Assembly: GCA_963701965.1 (NCBI GenBank)
Contig: OY969695.1
Span: forward strand, 1,792,001 to 1,856,000
Direction of reading: 5' to 3'
Source: an uncultured Gemmatimonadales bacterium
GTDB lineage: Bacteria; Gemmatimonadota; Gemmatimonadetes; Gemmatimonadales; Gemmatimonadaceae
DNA length: 64,000 nt
Positions 57,311 through 64,000 of the stretch are shown here, piece after piece; position 1 is the first letter of the stretch, and each line of letters opens with the position of its first letter. The notes under the pieces are model-generated. The model had not been told where the DNA came from and searched no databases. It saw nothing but the letters and a program-made list of their open reading frames with translations. The position numbers and the translations under genes were made by a program.

Positions 57311-58284
57311 TCAGGACTCCTTGCCGAACCGCACCAGTCGCGTGTCCCGTTCCCGGCCGGTCGCCACAGTCAGCGGACCGTAGAGATCCGGCCGTCGCAC
57401 CTTGATCCAGCGCCGGCCGGTACAATCGTCGAGCAATCGGGAATCCAAATCACTGACGACCATGTCGTCGTCGGCCTGCGCGGTCTCCGCCAACACGCGC
57501 CCATACGGATCCAGAATCATCGCGTTGCCGGTGCGAATCTCATCATCGTCGACCCCAATGCCATTGGCGAAGACAACGAACAACCCATTGTCATGGGCCC
57601 GCGACGGCAACCACCGCATGAGCCAACCGCGTCCCTTGTCCCCCGTCAACTCTCGTGTCAACGCGGCCATCGCCTCGGCCGACTCGTTGCGGCGATGCCG
57701 AGATGGTCTTGTCCACCGGCTTCATGCCATGCGGGCTGACGGAATTGCAGCCCCCCGTCTGGTGGGGGGCGAGAAGGACGTCGGCACCCATGAGAGCGGT
57801 GATGCGGACATTCTCTACGATGTTGTTGTCATAGCAGATCAGCACACCGACGCGCACACCGTGGGGCGTATCAAACACACAGTATTCGCCCCCGGCAGCG
57901 ATGCTGTCGTGTTCGAAGGCCTGGATCTTTCGATGCCTGTGCACCTGCCCATCGGGCAACGCCACGACGTAGGTGTTGTACATGCGCCCATCCTCGGCGA
58001 CCTCGACCAGCCCCGCGCCCAGGGACATACCGTACTGGCGTGCCAGGTGCACGAGGCGTTGGGTCGAGGGCCCGCCAGGTACGGCCTCCGCCAGCGCCTC
58101 GAGCTGCGCCCGGGTCAGAATGGCGCAGAAACCAATAGCCGACGATCGAACACTCGGGAAATGCGAGGATCTGGACCCCTCGCTCCGACGCCCGTCGGAC
58201 GAATTGCTCGATCTTCGCGAAGTTGGCGATCTTGTCGCCCGCGCTGTGCTCCATTTGCACGGCCGCAACTCGGACATTTTTCAT
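57311..58284 (-). pseudogene. Nitrilase/carbon-nitrogen hydrolase with two +1 frameshifts (about 58119 and 57700); may be sequencing errors
   Basis: FPEC, HRK, LICYDN, RAHDN..RRPDLY spread over three frames. Confidence 0.88.
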
Positions 58285-58501
58285 GTCGATCTCCAGTGCC
58301 AGCGCTACCCACCCCCGACTGCCCCATCCACGCGGCGTCCTGCCCCGGAATGGCTTCTACCGCTGTGGGACGGAAGGCGACAAACAAACCAAATGCCCAT
58401 AGGCGGCATCGAACCAAGGTCACGGGTGAGCGCAGAGAGAGTTTCGGCCCTGCCTCAGCTCTGATAGACCCCCCACCTCGAGCCACCGGAAGTCACATAC
58501 G

Positions 58502-60103
58502 ATGCGACTACTTGGCCTCCTAGTGATCACGAGCTGTGCCTGCCCGATGGCAGCCGGCGCTCAGACAGCACCCTCGACGGAGAACGTCGATCGCATCAAG
58601 CACTTGGGAAAGGTCGACTTCGCCACTTCCTGTTCGTCCCAACGGGATGCCTTCAACACTGGCGTAGCCCTGCTACACTCATTTCAATATGACCTCTCCC
58701 TAAAGGTGTTCGACGAGGTGGCGCGTAAGGATCCGCACTGCGCGATGGCCTACTGGGGCCGCGCCATGTCGCTGTACCACCAACTCTGGGATTGGCCCGA
58801 CGCGCAGACGCTGCAACTCGGTCACGCCGACCTCGACACGGCAGCGCACCTGGGCGCCAGAACGGACCGCGAACGCGCCTACATTCGGGCGGCCGCGATT
58901 TACTACGCGGGCGATTCCACGATCAGTACCGCCGCTCGGGCGGTCGCCTATTCGGATGCGATGGCAGAGATTCATCAGCACTATCCGAAGGACAACAATG
59001 CGACCGCCCTCTACGCACTGTCGTTGATTGCCATACGCTCCCCGGACAAGGCAGCCAATATGGCTCGCAGGATGAAAGCCATTGACATTTTGAATGCACT
59101 CTACCTTAAGGATCCAGGGAATCCGGGCCCTACGCACTACCTAATACACGCGACTGATACGCCCGAGCTTGCCCACCTTGGGCTGAACGCCGCGCGGCGC
59201 TACGCCATGGTCGCGCCGGATGCGCCACACGCAGTCCACATGCCTTCCCATATTTTTACCGCACTCGGTATGTGGCAGGAATCCATCCGCTCGAATCTCG
59301 CGTCCGCGGCATTAGCGGAGCGCAATACCAGATCGCAGGCGGACAATGAGTCCGGAGACCAGATACACGCCCTCGGCTTTCTTCAGTATGCCTATTTGCA
59401 GACGGGAAGGGATTCTGATGCGCGTCACATCATTGATGAGATCAGCAAGGTGCCAGGGGCAAGCACCGAAGATGTCACCAACAACGAATCGATGCTCGAA
59501 GTCGCGTACTTGGAGGAAAGTCACGATTGGAAAGGGGCATCAGCACTCGTGGCGCAGGCAGGCAACTATTCAATAATTCGAATGTTGGTGTACGCCGTGC
59601 GCGCCACCGGCGAGGCACGCAGCGGCGACACCGCGGGCGCGCGTATGGATATCGAAAAACTTCGCGACGCCTCCCGCGCTATGGCGGCGGCAATGAAGCG
59701 AATGGGCATGGGCGGGACGCAGGGTGTCGGCGAGAGCGTGAGCGAGCTAGAGGCGGAAGCGTGGTTCGCGTTCGCGACGGGCAAACCAGATGAAGCCTTC
59801 GTTACAATGAAAGCCGCCGCTGATCGCGGCGGCGATTCCATGCGGCTGGGCGGGTTACCCGGAGTACCTGCTGGCGAAATGTTCGGTGATCTTCTGTTGG
59901 AACTCCATCGGCCGGCGGAAGCGCTCGCGGCGTATCAGAACGTCCTTAGCGTGTCGCCAAACCGCTTCGACTCTCTCTACGGTGCGGCCCGCGCCGCCCA
60001 GCTCGCCGGCGACAAGGCCGCTGCCCAACACTACTTGGGGCAACTCAAGCAAATTTCCGGACCTCACGCCGATCGTGCGGAACTTCGCACGGACATCAAC
60101 TGA
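58502..60103 (+). CDS. Secreted TPR-like helical protein
   Basis: Signal peptide; GVALLHSF..CAMAYWG..HYLIH..HAVHMPSHIF..PNRF. Confidence 0.8.
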   Translation: MRLLGLLVITSCACPMAAGAQTAPSTENVDRIKHLGKVDFATSCSSQRDAFNTGVALLHSFQYDLSLKVFDEVARKDPHCAMAYWGRAMSLYHQLWDWPDAQTLQLGHADLDTAAHLGARTDRERAYIRAAAIYYAGDSTISTAARAVAYSDAMAEIHQHYPKDNNATALYALSLIAIRSPDKAANMARRMKAIDILNALYLKDPGNPGPTHYLIHATDTPELAHLGLNAARRYAMVAPDAPHAVHMPSHIFTALGMWQESIRSNLASAALAERNTRSQADNESGDQIHALGFLQYAYLQTGRDSDARHIIDEISKVPGASTEDVTNNESMLEVAYLEESHDWKGASALVAQAGNYSIIRMLVYAVRATGEARSGDTAGARMDIEKLRDASRAMAAAMKRMGMGGTQGVGESVSELEAEAWFAFATGKPDEAFVTMKAAADRGGDSMRLGGLPGVPAGEMFGDLLLELHRPAEALAAYQNVLSVSPNRFDSLYGAARAAQLAGDKAAAQHYLGQLKQISGPHADRAELRTDIN

Positions 60104-60243
60104 ACGGCGTCTTTCGTCGGATTCGTCTATCTTATGTGCCGCCCGGTCTCTTACCCAAGCAACCGCGGCCCGCAAGAGCACCCATCTGACCGCAACCAGA
60201 CGCCGTCCGGCGCTCACCGCCGCGCACATCGACCGTGCCCACT

Positions 60244-61140
60244 ATGTCCCGCGTGCTCCTGCTACTCCTTGGCCTCCCGCTCTTGGGTCCCCAACCACCA
60301 GCGAACGCTAGAGCCGACACGATAGCCGTCACGATCCTCGGGGCGGGCACGCCGTTCCCGGACACCGCGCGATTCGGGTCGGCGATCCTGGTCGAAGCCG
60401 GCGGCAAACGCCTCCTGTTCGACTGCGGCCGCGGCGCCGTCCTCCGCCTGGCGGCCATAGGCCGGAACGCGAGTCAGATCGACGGTCTCTTCCTCACGCA
60501 CCTGCACGCCGACCACGTCGTCGGCATCCCCGACCTCCTGCTCACGGGATGGTTCCTCGGCCGCGACCGGCCGCTCCCGATTTGGGGACCGCAAGGCACG
60601 CGCGGCATGACCGACCATCTGGTCGCCGCGTACGCATTCGATATTCAAAGCCGGGAGGCGCCGCCCGAGCGGCTCCCGCCGAGCGGCATCGCGCTCGACG
60701 TCCACGAGATCGACCAAGGCACCGTCTACAGCGACGGCTCCCTGCGCGTCACCGCCTTCACCGTCGACCACGGCCCCGTGCACCCGGCGTTCGGCTACCG
60801 CGTGGACTACGCCGGCCACTCGGTCGTGATCTCCGGCGATACGAAATTCTCGCCGAATCTGATCCAGTTCGCGAAAGGCGCCGACTGCCTCATCCACGCC
60901 GCGTGGAGCGTCGGCGCCACGAACCCCACACCGCCGGCCGAGCGCACGCTCGCCTCGGCCGAGGACGCGGCACGGGTGTTCGCGGCAGTGCACCCCAAGC
61001 TGGCCGTGGTCACCCACTATCGGGATGCCACCGGCATCGAGCCCACCGTGCGCGCACAGTACGACGGACAGTTCGTGCTGGCCACGGACCTGCTCGCGAT
61101 CGACATCAGCCGCACGGTCACCTGGCGCGCCGCCCGGTGA
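60244..61140 (+). CDS. MBL-fold hydrolase, RNase Z/arylsulfatase-like, with signal peptide
   Basis: LGAGTP, FDCG, THLHADH, SGDT, TH. Confidence 0.9.
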   Translation: MSRVLLLLLGLPLLGPQPPANARADTIAVTILGAGTPFPDTARFGSAILVEAGGKRLLFDCGRGAVLRLAAIGRNASQIDGLFLTHLHADHVVGIPDLLLTGWFLGRDRPLPIWGPQGTRGMTDHLVAAYAFDIQSREAPPERLPPSGIALDVHEIDQGTVYSDGSLRVTAFTVDHGPVHPAFGYRVDYAGHSVVISGDTKFSPNLIQFAKGADCLIHAAWSVGATNPTPPAERTLASAEDAARVFAAVHPKLAVVTHYRDATGIEPTVRAQYDGQFVLATDLLAIDISRTVTWRAAR

Positions 61141-61187
61141 ACGACGCGACGGTTGGTTCGGCATCCCGCCCCACGTATGATTCGACC

Positions 61188-61841
61188 ATGCCCGAGCCCC
61201 ACGACGGTGTGGCCGAGGAGGCCCAAACCGTCGGCAGTGACTTCGTCCGTACGCTCGGGCTGCACGATATCATCGCGGGCGGCCTCGCACTGTACATCTT
61301 CTGGTTGCCACGGCGGATCCTCCTCGCCAATGTGTTGCCGGCCACCGGCAAGCCGTACCTGGACGTCCCGCTCCTTATCTGCGCCGCCGCGATCGCCGGT
61401 AAATTGATCGCCTTTGCCGTCGCCTTTATCACGGCGCTGACGTCGATCCTGCTGCGGCGCTGGACCACGAACTACCAGGCCCTCACGACGCAACTCGTGG
61501 AGAGCTACAAGCGCTCCCACCTGCCGGAGCTCGTCCACCCCGAGCGCGGCGCGACCGCGCCCGCCCTGACGTTCATTGCACGGGCCTGGCCGGCCCGAAT
61601 GCCGGCCCTGCGGCGGAAGTCGGCCAATGCGGCGTTCGCCTATACCTGCGCGGTGCTCGTCTGTCTCGCGCCCACCACCACCCTCTGGACATGGGGCGCC
61701 CTGGTCGTCTTCTGGCTGCTCGGCGTTCTGCTCCAGCTGGACTACGTCGGCGAGCTCGCCCGGACACTCGCGATCTTGGGCGGGACGTTCCCCCCTACCG
61801 GTGAGCCCCATGCGCATACACGTCACGACGTCGCGCGATGA
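61188..61841 (+). CDS. Hypothetical membrane protein (about 4 TM)
   Basis: ATG 61188, hydrophobic segments, coding-like codon use. Confidence 0.6.
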   Translation: MPEPHDGVAEEAQTVGSDFVRTLGLHDIIAGGLALYIFWLPRRILLANVLPATGKPYLDVPLLICAAAIAGKLIAFAVAFITALTSILLRRWTTNYQALTTQLVESYKRSHLPELVHPERGATAPALTFIARAWPARMPALRRKSANAAFAYTCAVLVCLAPTTTLWTWGALVVFWLLGVLLQLDYVGELARTLAILGGTFPPTGEPHAHTRHDVAR

Positions 61842-62388
61842 AGTCAGCATCGCCCAGGCCGCCCGGTTTCTGAGCGCGCTGAGCCTGCTCCACGCGGGCG
61901 TGGTGTTGAATCCATCCACACCGGCCGACAAAGGCACATTGGCCGAACGCGAACGCCTGATGGGCGGTCTCCAGCACGGCCTCGAGGCCTGGCGCGAGTT
62001 GGACAAAGCGCAACGCACCAATGTGGCGACCCGGCCGGGCGTGTTGTTCGACGTGACGGACCACTATCTCGCCGCGTACGCCACGTCGGCCCTGGGCGCC
62101 ACAGGCGGCGGCCCCCAACTCGTGTCGCTGACGACCGGCAGTCTGGACACCGTGATCGAGAACGTCGTCGACTCGGTGGTCGATTTCTTCAAGGGACTGC
62201 TGCCGCAACTGGCCGTCCCGGACTCCGTGCGTCAGGCCCCGGCGTTGGTGGATGTGCTCCTGCCGCCCCGTGGTGAAGACGACATGTCACGCATCAGCGG
62301 ATCCCTGGCCCGGCGTGGCGCCGTCCAGATGGCCGCCACACTGTTCGACATGCGGGCGACGGGACTCTCGATTACGGACGGGGCCTGA
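61810..62388 (+). CDS. Hypothetical protein
   Basis: ATG 61810 overlapping the previous gene; coding-like composition. Confidence 0.6.
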   Translation: MRIHVTTSRDEVSIAQAARFLSALSLLHAGVVLNPSTPADKGTLAERERLMGGLQHGLEAWRELDKAQRTNVATRPGVLFDVTDHYLAAYATSALGATGGGPQLVSLTTGSLDTVIENVVDSVVDFFKGLLPQLAVPDSVRQAPALVDVLLPPRGEDDMSRISGSLARRGAVQMAATLFDMRATGLSITDGA

Positions 62389-62873
62389 GAAACGGCGCCC
62401 AGTCGTTTTCCGGCGCCCGAAAGTCGACGTGGACTTCGACGCGCGGATTGACGCGCTGATTGGCGACGGCGATCCAACACTCGAACAACACCTTGTCGAT
62501 CCCGCGCCGCCGCGCCTGCACCTTGTACTGGATCTCCTTGAGCCGCAGGGTCCCGGGCCACGTGGCCGTCACCGTCGTCAGCCAGAGCTCCGCGTCGGAA
62601 GCCAACTCTTCGTAGAGTTCCTTGACGTACCGCTCGATGCCGGCGGCCTGCAGCCGCTGATTGACTTCGGCAGGCGCGTAGCGGATCGCGTGCGGGCTCT
62701 CCGTCCCCGTGATGTTGCCCTGGCTGTGGGCCCGCTGCCAGCCGACGAGACCGACGTCGATACCGGGAAAAAATGCCTTTCTCGAAATGCTGGCGCCCCG
62801 GCGGCGCCTTGACCCGGCTCTGAATGACGATGTCGCCGTGCGCGTCCCGCCAGGTGGCCTCTCGCAGTATCAT
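62372..62873 (-). pseudogene. Stand-alone polymorphic-toxin-like nuclease domain (Ntox4-like); +1 frameshift in A6 run 62768-62773
   Basis: Reconstructed WQRAHSQGNITGTESPHAIRYAPAEVNQRLQAAGIE..WPGTLRLKEIQYKV; family call from memory. Confidence 0.6.
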
Positions 62874-62896
62874 GGACACAATGTACGTCCGCCGCG

Positions 62897-64000
62897 TCAC
62901 CCCGAGTCGCCGAGGCCGACCAACTCCAGCAGTTTCAACGCGTTCGTCGATGTCGCCTTGCCGGGGCGCACCCGATAGTCGAACGTCATGCGCGCCCCCT
63001 GGATCTGTTCCTGAAAATGCACATGCTGCACGCGGCCCGCGAATGCCTCGGCGTCGGCCAGCGCGAGATCGTGCGACGTGACGGCGCCCACGGCGCCGGA
63101 CAGCATCAGATGCTGCAGCACCCGGCGCGCAGCAATCACGCGTTCGGCGGAGTTCGTGCCCTGGAGAATCTCGTCGAAGAGATAGAGCAACGGCTCGTCG
63201 GATGACGCGCTCGCCGCCTGCACCACTTCCTTGAGCCGCTCGAGCTCGGCCATGAAGTAGGACACCCCGCGCTCCAACGAATCCTGAATGCGGATCACCG
63301 TCCACAGGCGAAACGGGGCGAGTCGCAGCGCCGACGCGCACGCCGCCGACCCGGTGCGCGCCAGGACGACGTTGAGACCAATGGCCCGGAGGAGCGTGCT
63401 CTTGCCGGCCATGTTCGATCCCGTGACCAGCACGAGCGTGCCCCCGGGCCCGAGCGACACATCGTTCGTGACGCGCTGGGTGCTCGACAGGAGCGGATGT
63501 CCGACCGCGCGGGCGTCGAACACCGGGGGACTGGCCTCGGCCAGCTCCGGGAAAGTCCAGTCGGGATTCTCGGACGCCAACGTCGCCAGTGCCGCGAGAG
63601 ACTCGCCCGTTCCGATCGCGGCGAGCCACTGGGCGACGCGAGGTCCGTTGCGCGCGCGCCAGCGCGCGGCGAACCACGCGATCCACAGGTCCCAGTACAC
63701 CGCCATCTGCAGCGCGAAGTGGAGCATCGGCGACTCCCGCGCCGACGCCCAATCCGCGAGCCGCCGCAGCCGCTGGATCTCGAGCCAGGCCGAGCCGAGG
63801 GCGTCCTGCAGGCCCCGCAACCCGGTCGCATTGAAGGGTTGCGTCGCGATGAGCCGCGCCAGCGCGGTCCAGGCCTCGAGGCGATCCGCGCTCCCCGTCA
63901 GGGCACCGATGGTTTCGTTGATCGGACGCGCCAGGCGGCGCATCACGATGCGGCCAACGAACAGGGGCGCGAGCCACACCAGATTCGGCACGAGACCGGC
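62897..64000 (-). CDS. MutS-domain-V ATPase, membrane-anchored MutS-related type (5' end off window)
   Basis: GHPLL, TGSNMAGKST, DSL..GVSYFMAEL, DEILQGTNS, SHD. Confidence 0.92.
   Translation of the reverse strand, partial: AGLVPNLVWLAPLFVGRIVMRRLARPINETIGALTGSADRLEAWTALARLIATQPFNATGLRGLQDALGSAWLEIQRLRRLADWASARESPMLHFALQMAVYWDLWIAWFAARWRARNGPRVAQWLAAIGTGESLAALATLASENPDWTFPELAEASPPVFDARAVGHPLLSSTQRVTNDVSLGPGGTLVLVTGSNMAGKSTLLRAIGLNVVLARTGSAACASALRLAPFRLWTVIRIQDSLERGVSYFMAELERLKEVVQAASASSDEPLLYLFDEILQGTNSAERVIAARRVLQHLMLSGAVGAVTSHDLALADAEAFAGRVQHVHFQEQIQGARMTFDYRVRPGKATSTNALKLLELVGLGDSG

Noticed and set aside
62897..64000. Canonical mismatch-repair mutS
   Set aside because: Only the domain-V ATPase preceded by hydrophobic segments is visible; this is the MutS-related type, not MutS1.

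Overview
GC-rich bacterial window. Gene set and integrase type suggest Gemmatimonadota, but this is inference. A short housekeeping core (tRNA-Arg/Val/Ala cluster, sigma-70, MlaF-like ATPase, NUDIX, AraC, tRNA-Arg(CCG); about 42.7-46.2 kb) is flanked on both sides by accessory DNA that starts at tRNA 3' ends. Left of tRNA-Arg(ACG) are three further copies of its 3' half (30321, 31229, 34560), all ending at the anticodon loop. Two carry a conserved ~85-bp arm with a hairpin and all three share a short opposite arm. They divide the DNA into small integrase-less modules of about 0.9, 3.3 and 8.1 kb, next to a truncated tyrosine integrase. This looks like a tRNA-anchored, integron-like cassette array. 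tRNA-Arg(CCG) carries a similar one-gene 0.9-kb module between 44-bp direct repeats. Other content: a chrB-type cluster wired to a TolC-RND-MFP pump with no chrA in view, several regulator-catabolic operons, a HipA-type toxin-antitoxin pair, a DUF5674 two-gene module, an AAA_14/DUF4143 ATPase, and a frameshifted stand-alone Ntox4-like toxin domain that the ORF track misses. There are many single-base indels, four of them at a reconstructed CATCTG motif, so several apparent pseudogenes may be sequencing errors. All family calls are from motif recognition by eye; no searches were run.
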